DNA of 63,201 bases, counting the filler, from Collodictyon triciliatum (Eukaryota), in the NCBI GenBank assembly GCA_043381765.1. It is 4 parts of 4 records of this genome, joined end to end, with 100 filler letters (N's around TTAATTAATTAA, not from the genome) between each part and the next. Parts side by side here need not be neighbours in the genome. Positions count along the whole stretch, not along the records: positions 1 to 21,773 come from JBHJMP010001176.1; positions 21,874 to 43,631 come from JBHJMP010001177.1; 2 more parts are not named here. One strand, written 5' to 3'. This document shows, one piece after another, positions 14,533-31,943 of the stretch (its first letter is position 1; every line of letters begins with the position of its first letter). The translations under genes and the position numbers were made by a program. Below the pieces are notes generated by a model, which worked only from the letters and a program-made list of their open reading frames with translations, ran no database searches and was not told the origin of the DNA.

Positions 14533-14816
14533 ACTGTGCACTAAAGACAGAGATATAAATGAAATGGCTCCAAATTGATTTTCAAAAAAAGAAAAAAAAA
14601 GAAATAAAACTAACCTAACCCACATCCTTTCTTAACATGAATGTGAGTAAGTTTCAAGTATCTTTTTCTAAAAACAACAAATGAAGAAGATGGAGTAATA
14701 ATCTCTTTTAAAGAAAAAACAACAACACTGGAATGGTATCGTTGACGGTGCTGCATCAAAGCGCGATACTGAAGCAGTCGAGACTTGGAGACGGCCAAAA
14801 AGGTTTCTACAATGGC

Positions 14817-14821
14817 AAAAA
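14817..14821 (-). terminator. Pol III T5 terminator of tRNA-Pro
   Basis: TTTTT on the minus strand about 10 nt downstream of the tRNA 3' end. Confidence 0.6.
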
Positions 14822-14831
14822 GTTATGAGCC

Positions 14832-14903
14832 GGGCTCAATCGGGAATCGAACCCGAGACCTCTCCGACCCGAACGGAGAATCATACCACTAGACCATTAA
14901 GCC
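14832..14903 (-). tRNA. tRNA-Pro (anticodon CGG)
   Basis: GGCTTAATGGTCTAGTGGTATGATTCTCCGTTCGGGTCGGAGAGGTCTCGGGTTCGATTCCCGATTGAGCCC (72 nt): acceptor stem GGCTTAA/TTGAGCC, anticodon arm CTCCG-TTCGGGT-CGGAG, T-loop GGTTCGATT, typical Pro D-arm. Confidence 0.95.
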
Positions 14904-14926
14904 GCTTCTTATCTGTGTGGGAAATA

Positions 14927-15645
14927 TTATAGTATTAGAATCAAAAGATATTAGTATAGGAATCTAAAGGTTATAGTATACCAATCAAAAGATTATAGTA
15001 TTAGAATCAAAAGATTATAGTATTAGAATCAAAAGATTATAGTATTAGAATCAAAAGATAATAGTATAGGAATCTAAAAGTTATAGTATACCAATCAAAA
15101 GATTATAGTATAGGAATCTAAAAGTTATAGTATACCAATCAAAAGATTATAGTATTAGAATCAAAAGATAATAGTATAGGAATCTAAAAGTTATAGTATA
15201 CCAATCAAAAGATTATAGTATTAGAATCAAAAGATAATAGTATACCAATCTAAAGGTTATAGTATACCAATCAAAAGATTATAGTATACCAATCAAAAGA
15301 TAACAGTGCACAAATCAAAAGATTATAGTATACAAATCAAAAGATTATAGTATACCAATCAAAAGATAATAGTATAGGAATTTTATAGTATTACAATCAA
15401 AAGATAATAGTATACCAATCAAAAGATAATAGCATAGGAATTTTATAGTATAGAAATCTAAAGATTATAGTGTACCAATCAAAAGATAACAGTGCACAAA
15501 TCAAATTATAGTATACCAATCAAAAGATTATAGTACGCAAATCAAAATTTTATAGTGCACAAATCAAAAGATTATAGTATACCAATCAAAAGATTATAGT
15601 ATACAAATCGAAAGATAATAGCGCACAAATTGATATATTATAGTA
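14927..15645. repeat. 22-bp minisatellite, consensus close to TTATAGTATACCAATCAAAAGA, about 33 units
   Basis: Tandem units with recurring variants (TTAGAATCAAAAGA, TAGGAATCTAAAAG, TACCAATCAAAAGA, GCACAAATC); divergence increases away from the tRNA. Confidence 0.92.
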
Positions 15646-16075
15646 CAGATATTAAAAAGTATGCGTTCATATTTTGTTTTCCGTTACTCTGCCATGTTGT
15701 GCCCTTCTGGTTGCATATATTGGTGCACTAACAAGACTTTTTTTTTTTACAAAGAAACAAAAATAAAACAAAAATATGTTGTGCTTCGTATCCTGGTTGA
15801 TGTAATTTCTCATGATTTACTTATGTCTCGATGCCAAAATAGCATACTCCTTCCCGCAAGACATTCACACATTCAAAGCATTAGCGGTGATATTTTCGAG
15901 TGTTTGGATTGAGAATTCTTTTTTCTTCTTGGTTCTTATGCATGAGAAGTGGTGTCGATTTCAAAAATTTATAAACACGTCTGAAGAGCCTGTGATATCA
16001 TGCCTTTCATATAAAGGCATGTCTTCCAATTTTCCATTTTTCTTTTTGGGCTCCACATATTCCTTTCTTCATTGA

Positions 16076-18200
16076 TTACTTGAGTCTATCGATGCCCTTC
16101 TCCTCAATCAGTCCGATGTTTTTTGCCGCAGACTTTGTTTGTGGGTGCTCGTCCCCAAACTTAGACTTAAAAATCTGATAAGCCATTTTATAGTAGCTTG
16201 TTGCTTGGTCGAACCTGCGTGTAAGAAAGGGGTTGTAAAGGAGTACGCGTAGAAAAACTAGGGTTCATAATTCCACTCGAGAGGGAATTAATTATTTTTT
16301 TTAGGGAATACCAGGGAAAAGAAAAAAGAAGAGGGAATTATGCCCACCTCCCCAGCTGATAGCAGACACTCCCAAGATTGTTATATGAAATAGCGACATT
16401 AGGATGGTCGTCTCCTAACTTCTTTTTGTCTATGACCAGGGCTTTTGTGAAATACTCCAGGGTTTGGTCGATTCTAATACATTTTCACAAAGGAACACCA
16501 CACAAATCGACGTATCAATAAAGAGTGTCCTGATTATTCTTCTTTTAAACTAATATCATGAAAATTATAGGGCTGGCCCCGTCCATTACTTCCCCAAAGA
16601 TCTGTACAGAACACCGATATTGTTGAAGGAGGAGGCAATTTCAGGATGATCTTCTCCGTATATTTTCCGGCATATTTCTAAATCTCGGAAGTAATATTCT
16701 AGAGCCTGTTCGTATCTGATGAGGTGAAATCATAAAAATTTAAATGATTTACATTTTGAATTGATAAAAAAAAAAAAGAAAGTAGTTATGATATTTCAAA
16801 AGCTAATTTTTCTTTCTCTTTCGATATATTTTCAAATGGAACCTTTCCATTTTCTTAAATACAACGCCCAGATTGTTAAAGCACGCGGCAACATCTTCAT
16901 GTTCCTCTCCGTATGCGTGACGTCTGATTGCCAGTGATTTTTCGTAATATTCCAATGCTTGTTCGTATCTAAAGAGACATATTCTCATGTGACTTTCACG
17001 CTTGAATGATAGGGAGAAAAAAAAACAATACTATGAACCAATTAATTAATTAATAAATAAATAAACAAAAAAAATAAACAAAAGTGAAAAATGCGCAGCT
17101 ATTCAGGTCTGACCGCATGACGAAACCATTTAAATATAATAGGATGTATATTGTGACGACAACCGAATTTCCCAACCTTCCGATGGCTTCATATATCCCT
17201 CCTAGATTATTGAATGAACCAGCGACACTTGGATGGTTCTCGCCGAATTTCCTCTGGTAAATCTCCAGGGCTTTTTGATGGCATTTAAGAGCTTCGTCAT
17301 GTCTAATTATAAGAACCATTCACAAACTTCACTTTGTGTAAAATATACCAATACCATTCGAAGAAGATTTTCTCATGACAGATTAACAGAGAGTTATCTT
17401 AGTCATACTTTCCAATCGATAGGTATATTGCACCGAGATTATTGTAAGATGAGCCAACAACGCTACTGTTGTTTCCTAGTACACTTTTACGAATGGAAAG
17501 GGCCTCGTTGTGATTTTCAAGGGCCTCTTCAAACCTAGATTCCGATTTCAAGTCACACGTGAGACCAAAAAAAAAAAATAGAAGGAAAAAAATATATAGA
17601 ATGAAATAAATAAATAAATAAATAAATAGATAGATAGAATGAAATAAAATATAAATACACTCATGGAATCACATGTGACGTGGACAGGATTCAACATAGG
17701 ATGCTGAGTTACGAAAATCTGGCAACATGTTCAAATAAGAATACACGATAAAATTGATATAGAGACCAACTTTCCAACAGTGTAGCAAACGTTTCCGATA
17801 TTATTATATGTGTCTGCAACGTCGACATGTTGGTTTCCCAGTAGAGTTATGCGAAGTGCCAGCGATTTTAGAAAACATTCCAGGGCTTCAGGGAATCTAT
17901 TTCAATTCAGCCTTAATCCACTTGTTTTACACAAACTAATATCAGGCGTTGCTGAATATAATGGGGTATATTCTAAAAGGCAAATAATTTAAATTAGAAT
18001 AACTAAATTTCGCATTTGCGTGTATTTACCTGCCCATCTTTGTATACACACTGCCAATATTGTTATATGAAGAAGCCACTTTTTCGTGGTGTTCTCCATG
18101 ATTGGTAATCCAAATACCCAAGGCCTTTGTATGAGATTGAAGTGCCAACTCGAATCTGTTATTTTTTTTTTAAAAAAAAAGCCATTGATAAAAAGAGCAA

Positions 18201-18296
<96 letters not shown>

Positions 18297-21200
18297 TCAA
18301 CCATTTAATGATTTTTGAATATATAAATAAATGTCATCTGTGGTATTATTATTTTGAAAAAAAACAAGTAAGAACGAGAAAAAAAGACAGAAAATATGAA
18401 TGAGCAAAATGGATACTTTCTCAGGTTGTTTTGTGACAAGCCAATATTGTTGTATATACAGGCAACATCATCATGACCAGGATTCAGTTTTGCTTTCTTC
18501 ACTTCCAAAGCTTTCTCGTAGTATTCCAGGGACTCCTTATACCTATATTAAAGTACCAGAGCTTCATTCTTGGGATTATATCATGTTTTGAAATAGCTTA
18601 AAATACATTTAACATGAGTATCAGGACAAAGAAAGAAAGGAAGAAAAGGAAAGAATGAATGAAGTTATTACAAAACTATTACAAGGCCAAATTAATCTTA
18701 CTTTTTCATTTTGTAATAAGTAGATCCAATACTGTAATAAGCCTCTGCGATTTCAAGTCGATCTATATTATGCTTCTTCTTCGCGGCAAGGGCTTTTTTC
18801 TGGTATTTTAAGGACTCTTCGTACCTATATTATATATTATGACTTATTCAATATTAAATCATTTTAATGCAATAAATCTTACAAAAGAAAAAAATATTCA
18901 AATAGAAAATCGTTTCGACAAAATACTTACTTGGCAATTTTCAAGTATAAATTTCCTATATCCGAATACGAGTTTGCTGTGTCTATGGAATCCTCCATGA
19001 CTGCACACCGAATCAAAAGTGCTTTCTTGTAGAATTTCAATGCATCTTCATACCTAAAAAGTGAATAAAAGGCTGAAAACTTCTGATTCGAACGACCTAT
19101 TAGGGAATAAAGCACTACCTTCCAACCTCATGAAATATGCTTCCTATATTGCGATATGTGAGGGCCGTCTCGATTTTTTCACCAATAAATTTTCTTTGCA
19201 AGTCAAGAACTTTTTTAAGGTTTCGTAAGGCAGGGTCAAATCTGTTATATTTCAATCATGTAAAATATATTGGTAAATTTAAAAAAAACCATAGAGACGA
19301 TTTTATTGCTACTTTCAAGTGTATATTTAGTTGAGTGATAAATCAGCGCAAACAAATGAACACATTACTGTTTCATTTTGTAATACATCATCCCAGTTTT
19401 TTCGTAAAGTGATATAATTTCTGATGTATTGTCCATGTATAATTGTCTTATTCGTAAAGCTTTTTCATAGTATTCAGCTGCGTGTTCAAATCTGTTTTAA
19501 CAAAAGAAAAATGACAATTAATTGTTCTCAGCAATTTGCAGAAACTATACAAAAAGAGAAAAGTATAGAGAAGATGAAATACAAACTTTCGTGAATTGGC
19601 TTACTTTTCAAAACATTCTAGAATATTGGCAGCATCTTCGCAGGAAGATGCAACATTTGGTGATTTCACGCCATATCTCTCCCATATCTCTATTTCCTTG
19701 GCGTAGAATTGCAGTGCTTCTGAATACCTATTATTCATTTAACAAAGAATGAAAGATTTTGAAGAAAAAAATAGCTCGACGAGATTATCTCAAGTTTATT
19801 CGCTCACTTCTCCATGTCATAATAGACACATGCGGCATTATTGTAAGACGGAGCCGCGTCTTCCTTTTCACCGTATAAGCGAAGACGAATATCCAACTCT
19901 TTGATGATGTATGAGATAGCAGCATCCAATCTTTTGCAATTTATTTTAAAAAGGATTGTCTTGGACAACATGTCAACATCGATAAAACTGATATATTAGA
20001 TCGCAAAAAAGTTAAATGAAAGAATTCCTAAGAATTTCCCTTAAACTCTGGTAAGTAACAATAACTTGACCTATTGAAATACTCACTTTCCTAGAGTGTG
20101 AAAGACGCTTCCGAGGCTATTGTATACAGTCATCAATCCAACAGAATTTTCTGGTGTGTTTTCTAGAATTCGGGCCTCTTTTTCATAGTGACTGAGCGCT
20201 TCATGAACTCTGCAACGATGGAAAATGCGATGATGTATAATATACCATTTTACAGATGTCATATTCTTTTATGTAATAAATCTTCCTACTTTGAATCAGA
20301 TAAAGGAAAAAAAGTATTAAATCTTACTTTCCGTAGCTGTAATACAAATTCCCAAGACACCCATGCGAACTTGCAATATCTTCAAAATTTGCACCAAATT
20401 TTTCTTTTATTTCAAGGCCTCGTTTATAATAATATATTGCCTCGTCATTCCTTCCAATTTTTTTGGATTAAAAAACTTTAACTTAAATTAGAGTAAGTAT
20501 CTGAATTGCTTAATTGTACTGGCAAATTTTACAGCGAAATTAGAAAGAAATATATAAGTTTTTTTAAAATATATATATATATGATTACGATGATTTTTGC
20601 AGCAAAATGTTCCCAATGTGGTCGTAGGAAATAGCCAATTCTATTTGGTCGAACTTTAATCTCTCGTGAATCGCTACTTGGTTTCGATAATAATCCAGAG
20701 ATTCCTGATATCTCCCCTTATCATACAGCACAGTTGCTAGATTTCCATATGAATTTGCAATATCAATCCCATCTTGACCCAATTTAGTTTTATACCCCAA
20801 CTCAGCTTCATAACATTCGAGAGCTTCGTCGATACTATAATTAAAGGCAATTCAATTAAATGTCAGGTGTTTAAGAACATATGCTGGAAAAAAAGATAAG
20901 AAAAGAAAAGACCACACTGGCATTTTTTTTTTAAAAAATTATGAAAAAAGCCCGTACTATCCCTGATTGTAATATATGTTTCCAATCATTCCATAGCATT
21001 CCATCATCTTAATATCATCTGAGTCGTATTTTTTCCTGTTTTCCAATTCACATTTGGCATACTCTAGACTCTCTTGTGCTCTATCAAAATATATATACAT
21101 AAATACATAAATACATGAATAAATAATGAATTATACATAAATTGAGAAAATTTGCCTAAAATTGTCAATAATCCAATATACATATGAGAATAAACTTCAC

Positions 21201-21556
21201 TCTTTGGGGAAAAAAATGTAGACATACTTATTCATGCCGAAGCATATGATAGATATGGCGTGGTAAGTATCTGCAAGTTCTGGTGGCTCCTCTCCACCCA
21301 TTCGGCGTCTGAATTCGATTTCTTTTACCAAGAAAATGCGCGCGTTTTCATTTCTATTAATCATAACATGATGAGTGAGAAGTACGTCATAAAATGCGTG
21401 TTAATATTTTTATTCCACACAATATCTTACTGTCCCAAACGATATAGAATAAATCCTATATTTCGTGTGACTTTGGCCATTTCTGCTTTATCCATAATCG
21501 TCTTCTTTTCTCTTATTTCGAGTTCTCTGGCAAAATATGGTAAAGCCTCACTGTAC
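16076..21556 (-). CDS. Tetratricopeptide-repeat protein (kinesin-light-chain/NPHP3-type 42-aa TPRs), about 22 repeats in about 21 exons; 5' part cut off by the contig end
   Basis: Repeats such as YEQALEYYEKSLAIRRHAYGEEHEDVAACFNNLGVVF and HDEALKCHQKALEIYQRKFGENHPSVAGSFNNLGGIY. Exons 16348-16473, 16590-16715 and 16843-16968 are 126 nt; 18931-19053 is 123 nt; stop TAA at 16076-16078. Confidence 0.93.
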
Positions 21557-21668
21557 CTATTTTTTTTATTATTAGAAAAACGAATTCATCAAAAAGAATT
21601 TCCCTGAAAGAAAAAGAGATTGACAGAAGAAAAACGGAATATTTACGGGTTTATGATTTGTGCAAGAT

Positions 21669-21773
<105 letters not shown>

Positions 21774-21873
21774 NNNNNNNNNNNNNNNNNNNNNNNNNNN
21801 NNNNNNNNNNNNNNNNNTTAATTAATTAANNNNNNNNNNNNNNNNNNNNNNNNNNNNNNNNNNNNNNNNNNNN
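21774..21873. other. Artificial contig spacer (N-TTAATTAATTAA-N)
   Basis: Six-frame stop linker between N runs, repeated at 43632-43731 and 61429-61528. Confidence 0.97.
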
Positions 21874-22036
21874 TTTATACCCTTTTTTTTTTTTCTACTT
21901 TTCGGCTTCTCTTTCTCTTTCTTTTTTTTTTTTTTTTTTAACTCTCGTGTATACACCAAACACCGCCATTCCAGCGTCCTCATTCCCATCCACAGACAAG
22001 GCCGAACCGCCACAAAAGAAAAACCTTTTTGTAGAA

Positions 22037-23712
22037 ATGCTGGCCGACTTACGACGGGCTCTGTCTCTTCGGGTTTGTCCGTTTCCCTCTGCCAAAACAT
22101 GCTTTCCTGCTTCTTTTCCGCTCCAACCCCTTTCAAACCTTCACACAAATCGGCTGACACGTACACGTAGGGAAACCATACAGCACACTTTGGGTATCTC
22201 CTCTTCGGCCTTGTCTTTGTTCTGTATCTAATCCAATTCCGCCTGATACAACAAGGCAGCTACCAAGTGCAATCGATAAGAACACAGGAATGTTTGGAGA
22301 AGCTCAACAAGGAAGCTCCTCGCCTACCAGCGCAGCAGACTTCAAAATCTCATGAGCCTTTTGTCCCTCCATCCGAGCGAGAGCCATCGGACGTACTGCA
22401 GCAGAGTCTGCTGCCCGGCTGGGCCTTACCAGACCTGCCAGCGAACTTCACCTGGTCTATATCGACAGTTGCTGACTCGCACATGCTGGATGAACCGTGG
22501 GACATATCTGCTTTTTCAGAAGGGATGAAAGACTACGACGACGGTGTTGCACAAGACAAACCATCTGTTGCCAACCCTGCCGGGCATCAGAGGAAGTCCA
22601 AAGACGCAAAGAGCAAGGTTGTTCGAGAAAGAGAGAACGCAGCTATCGAGCAAAGGGACTCCCGCCTAATTCAGGGCGAAACCCCATTGATTTTCATCCA
22701 CATCCCAAAGACCGCCGGAACCACAGTGTCCAAGTACTTGGAGGATAACTGGGAAAGGCACAAAGGGTGCAGAGGTATTCTGCATCGCCACCGTAATCTC
22801 GCCGGCTCTGTTGTCGAGTCCATGCGGGACGAGTCTGCTGGGAAGTGTCTTTTTACAATCGTGTGGCATCGCTCGGTTCCGGTTACTCGACTGCGCCATT
22901 GGGTCCTTAAGGAAGGAATCGACTTTCTCTATGAGCACGGTCATCACCCTATTGGTCTGTGTATGTATTTTGCTCGGGGATGCCATTACACTACAGTCTT
23001 GCGAGAACCTATCGAGCGTTCGGTCTCGCATTATTACTATCTCCGCACCCTTCCCGAAAACTTTGCGCCTTTTGTGCTGCAACTCAACAAGGAACTCGAC
23101 ACCATGGACAAGTTTCTCGATGCTGTGGAGACGAACAAGTTTTTCCACTACGGTCTCTTCAACATGCACACGCTGATGCTTTCTGGGGACAACGCTTGGA
23201 ACTTTGCGGCGGATTATAATCTGTGTAACATGCATCTGCACGGATGTGATGTCCATCCAGAGGCCCTTTCATGGGCGCACGTTCAGTTTGCCAAGAGAAA
23301 CCTCTTGACTCAGTTTCCTATCATCGGCCTGACCGACCGCCTTTTGGAATACGGGGTTCTTATGAAGCTGCGCTACGGCTATCCTTACACAGGGTACTTG
23401 TGTGGAAAGGAGAATGCAAACACGCAGCAACATCGTAATGACACTCTCACAGAAAGCCAGTTGGTTCGCATCCGCAAGATTAACAAGTATGATATTGCTC
23501 TGTACGACTTTGCGGTTCGCCTGCATGAGGCACAGATAAGAGATGCAGGAGACAGGTTTGTTGAGGAGATGAAGGTAGCGGAGAAATATTGCCAGGATGT
23601 TCGTGAGAAAAAGATTCATCTGGGCGGTGACTCAAAAAATAACCCCAAAAAGAAAAATGGAAAAGCCAAAGGAAAGAAATCAAAACCTGTTATTCAGCAA
23701 CGGAAAAAGTAG
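22037..23712 (+). CDS. Type II Golgi-type sulfotransferase (Sulfotransfer_2 / Gal-3-O-sulfotransferase-like); 2 exons
   Basis: Exon 1 22037-22072, intron GTTTG..CTGAC..TAG, exon 2 from 22171 supplying a TM anchor (FGYLLFGLVFVLYLIQF) in frame with the 481-aa ORF. 5'-PSB IFIHIPKTAGTT, 3'-PB TVLREPIERSVSHYYY, and C-terminal INKYDIALYDFA. Confidence 0.9.
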
Positions 23713-23986
23713 CCTCACTTCCCTCTAATCATAACATGCCAAACCATCTCCAAACAAAAAAACAAAAAACAAAAAAGGATCATAAAAATCATAAATGCAT
23801 ATGAATCGGTACAATGAATATCAATCCGAGATAATTCCTCGAGACTATGCATAGTAATAATGACTGAGGTTTACGTATTGAAATGCATTCATGAGGTTTT
23901 CATTTCAAATAAGTATGAAGGGATAGTATTGGGTTTGCTAAACGAGTAGATGAGAAAATGAATCGAACAAAATAAATCAGTAGAGA

Positions 23987-27585
<3,599 letters not shown>

Positions 27586-28074
27586 ATCGTTTTGCGCTAT
27601 GACCGAATCGGAACGATCTTGTTGGCTTTTCCTGCGATCTTCCTTTTTTTTTTTTCTTTTTTTTTAATTATATTATCAACTTGATGTTTTGTTGAGGATA
27701 CTCGATCCAAACCACGACTCATCCACGAGTAGCTACGCTGGACTTTGTCACACAAACTATTCGCTTGCTTGCTTATTGGCTTGTGATTGTCTAGGAGACA
27801 AAAACAAATACAAACAAAAAAACAAAAAACAAAAAAAAAACAACAAAAGCAACGCCTGGGGTAGTATCAAGTTACTAGCCTGAGAGGCAAAAAGAAGAAT
27901 CTGAGAAAGAACACAGACGAAGGAGATGAAGTCGGGGCGAGGCAGAGAGAAGACAGAACGGAATAGTGTGGTGGCTTTGTCGTAAAAGAAAAAGAGGGGA
28001 TATTGACTCTGCTTTCTTTCTTTCTTTCTTGTCATCATTACTTATTCTTCATCTCCTTCGTTTTCGGTACGTCT

Positions 28075-28540
28075 TTATTTGTCGGCATCAAACTCGGCGA
28101 GAATCTCTTCGAACTTTGTGATGTGGCGCAGGAAATAGTCTGCCTGCCGCTTGGTTGTTCTTGTGTCTCCGATGTGGATCATATCATTCTATGATGAATA
28201 TTGATGAGTACGAAAAGCTACTTTGACGCTTCTCTGCATCATCGCTTCCTGATGCCGGACTCTTACCCCGTCGATGTAGAAATCAACGTCAGAGGCCGCC
28301 GTCCACTTCGAGCCTCCCTCTGCGGTTTGGCTGAGTGTCCTTGATTTGTGTTTGTAACAGAGAAGCAGAGTCCTGTAAATAAACAACAACGTTTAGTGGT
28401 GTTCATATTAGACACTGCGCGTCGGGTGGGTAAGATAGATTCGTAGATTCTGAAGAGATCTGCGAACCAAAAATATGGAGGAATGGGAGTATTCAGTTAC
28501 ATGAGTAAATAGGTGGATGGATACATAGATAGATGGATAC

Positions 28541-28637
<97 letters not shown>

Positions 28638-31600
28638 ACGAAAGCCCAAAAAAATGGTGCATTTGGAATAGCAAAAGGCCCCAATATCATTCGTAAGAAA
28701 AGTTTAATATATCAACGGGCAACACAACAAGGACAAGAAGAGGAAAAGATACTGAAAATGCAAATAGATGTATGTGTCTCCTATAACAGGGTAAATATGC
28801 ATTAAAAAAAAAATCAAATCACTGACCGCAGCTTCTCTGGTTCGGTCTCCATGAATCCAGCAAGTTTCTCAAGCCCGATAGATGTGTACAACTTCAGGTA
28901 GCTGTTATTGAGATATCATTCATGGGATAAGTGGATTATGTCTCCAATCAAAAGTATTGATATAGCAATTCTCACTACTTTCAATACAAATAAGAGAGAG
29001 GAATGAGAGAAAAGAATGGAAATGATAGCATAGCATTAGCAAAACTATGATTCACCCCCTTTATTTGGGGAGGAATGAAGAATGAAGAAAAATACGAAAG
29101 GGAAAGAGAGGAAAACCTGCGGATGGCATAAAGGGAGCTCTGTTGCTTGACTTCAGCGAGGAAAATATTAAGCTGAAGAAGAAGAGACTCTTGCCCAGCT
29201 GATGTCGGCTCTTCTTCCTCATAAGTTGGGATACACGGGGAAATGAATTTCGGGCAGGCGAAGATGAAAAGCTCAGAGTACACTTTTTCCTCTCTACAGG
29301 TGGCCGAGTTTTCACAGTAATCATTTAAAACAGTGCACCCAACCCCGTAGAAAAAGAATTACAATACTTTTAAGATTTCAAGTATGATAGAAACAATAAT
29401 ATTGAGATTATCAAAACTTTTTTTCAGAGTCACCTGTGGGCAAAAATAGACCAATAGAAATTATATCCCTCTTTTTTTTCATTTTTTGAGAACAATAATG
29501 GTTTTCTTATAAAAAAATGACGCCGTAACAATACCCTTTCTGAAGACGGACGAGCTTATCAGCAAGTCGCTCACGAAGTCCCAGCATCACTGTCTCGTCG
29601 ACACGCTGGGGCCACAGAGAAATGGCCATGCCAAGAAGGGCGTACATTTGGTCGTTCTTTTTGAGGATTTGGTCGAACTGATAGGACCGTGGGTGGTGTG
29701 CTTTGGTGCGTGCGATGTAGAGAAGAATATTGTTGAAGCATTTCACGGCTTCGACGTATTTGCGGAGCATAAGATTAGCAAACCCGTAGTAGTAATATGT
29801 GGTGATGTGGCATGCAGTAACACGCGAAAAGAGTCCCTAAATTCAAGGCAGACATTGTAAGGCTCTCAAACTGCCTATTTGATTACATTTTGAACAGTCG
29901 CATTCATGATGAGCGGTCTTTAGATCAAATAAAGGGAAGAAAATGCTCATGGTGATCGATATTTAAGTGAGGAGAGACATAGAGAATTAAATATGAAAAA
30001 AAATGGGTGCGATTAAAAGTGGATGGCATTTTCTTTGAAATATGCGCTTTAATATTCCAGATATATGTGTGGTTTCTGATCTCAATCAACCTTCTTGTTC
30101 AGATCAATGGATTCCATGGTTTTCAATGCCAGATGATAATCTCCAAATAATGTGTGAACACGAACCTGGTAGTGGCGTTCAAAGCGAACAAGTGTAAGGA
30201 GCATAAATTACCATCTCATGATTAAAAAAAATAATCATTTATCCTGGGAAAGCAATGATGATTGCTATAACTTGAATGACTCTTACCAAACCAATTATGC
30301 TAAAGTAGCTGAGCAACTTTGTGACCGAGTTCTTTCCTAATGCCTCTTGACTAAGAGATTGTTAAAGGATTCGTAGTTGATTAGCGGTAAATGAGTGGTA
30401 GCTGTGTAAATAAATGGATAATTGCTCTAGAATTAGACGCGATATAACTAGATATCATATGAATAGGGTGGCGTACGCTGACGAAGGTGCCTGTTTTTGT
30501 TTTTCTGCCTCCTCAGATGAAGTGCCCTTTTTCATGAGAGACTCCAAGTAGAAAATAACCGTGGCGGGATTCCAAACAGCCTCAGCTCTTCGCAACTTTT
30601 CGATCTCCTCGGGGAGTTTGCCTTTGAGGTTGGAACGATACTGACAGAAGGTCTGGAACTGGTAGATGAATTCGTCAATCATGTCCCAGATCCATTGCCC
30701 TGGTAGGGTGATTTGGTCATCGCCCTCCATGTCTAAGAAAAGAAGAAAACTTTAAGATCTGTTGGTTCCGTAAATTTTGATAGTGTGAAAAAGATAACGC
30801 GGAAGCAATGTTTCTGTTCCTGATGTCAAGGTAATATATACAGAGGTAGCACAGTCTATTAATTTTATATCGCAAAGAACGACCTTTTATAGTCAGTCTC
30901 TTCAAATATTTGGAATTTACTCAGAAAGGAAGAAATAATGTGATATGAAACCTAGGAAGTAATTGAAGAGCTCGAGATAATTTTCCCATGACGCTTCACG
31001 CTGCTCGAAGGTGGGCTTCATCTTGGCATATATGTGGCGATAGAATAGCTCCTTGTACAAAGTGATGAAAACGGCATCTAGATAATGTGAGTTGATTGGT
31101 TCATGGTAAGAAATTAACTTTGAAAGAAATTGATATTCTACAGATGAAAACTGACAAATAATAGCAAAAGCGACCGATGAAATGACATGGTTTGTTTATC
31201 GCGAGCGAAGGGAGATAAGAACGATGATATACCAGCAGCATTTTTCATATGATTAAGCGAAAAAAATATGTTCGTGTATTTTATTTGTGGAGGACAAACC
31301 TTCATCGACAGCGCTGGATATGAGTTCAGCGGCAGGCCACGACGAGGACATGAAGTTTCTATTTTTACAATAATTTTATGAGCCGACTGTATTGCCTGTA
31401 AGACACAAGATATTATCTTACATAAGCGCATAAAGGGAGATAAAAAAAAACGATATATATAGTCAGAATAATCATGAAAAAAAAGGTAAAATAGATCCTT
31501 TGATGAAAGAAAACAAATAAATTAGCTATGAAAACAATTTTTGTCAAATCAAGCGTCCTTCGTCAAATTAAAACATGCAATAATAGGTATAGAAAGGATG

Positions 31601-31943
31601 CATTCAAGTGAAGCAACAAATACCTTTCCGTGATACTCGAGAAGTCGGCCTCATAGAAAGAGTTTACTTCAGCAGCACTCTTTCCATAGAGAGCCTGTTT
31701 GAAATAGTAGCAGAAGGAGCGGACCTCCTCCAAAGCCTCTGCACTGGCTTCACCGTTCGCGCCGCCAAAGGAGAGTCCGGCAGAGTCGGTCGCATTCGGC
31801 TTTGCAGGATTTCTCCCGGGGTGGCCGAAGGGGCGCTGGCCTTTGCGGAAGTTCTTGTTGAGGTGGCGCTGGAATTGTCGCTGCGCATCGCCGCTTTGCT
31901 CGCTGCTTCCACGGCTTTTGCGGTCTGCAAAGTCACTGTTCAT
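28075..31943 (-). CDS. EIF3L: Eukaryotic translation initiation factor 3 subunit L; multi-exon, start uncertain
   Basis: LYKELFYRHIYA, ITLPGQWIWDMIDEFIYQFQTFCQYR, LSYFSIIGL.RVHTYLGDY, CHITTYYYYGFANLMLRKYVEA, ELFIFACPKFISP, YLKLYTSI, DVDFYID.DMIHI; stop at 28075-28077. Confidence 0.95.
28540..28636. repeat. (GATA)n intronic microsatellite
   Basis: Read directly. Confidence 0.95.

Noticed and set aside
14927-15645. CRISPR-like array
   Set aside because: The units are contiguous, the variable parts recur as a few variants rather than unique spacers, there are no cas genes, and the context is eukaryotic.
21774-21873. TTAATTAATTAA palindrome as a biological motif (also near 43676 and 61473)
   Set aside because: It is an identical six-frame-stop linker between N runs, i.e. 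a concatenation artefact.
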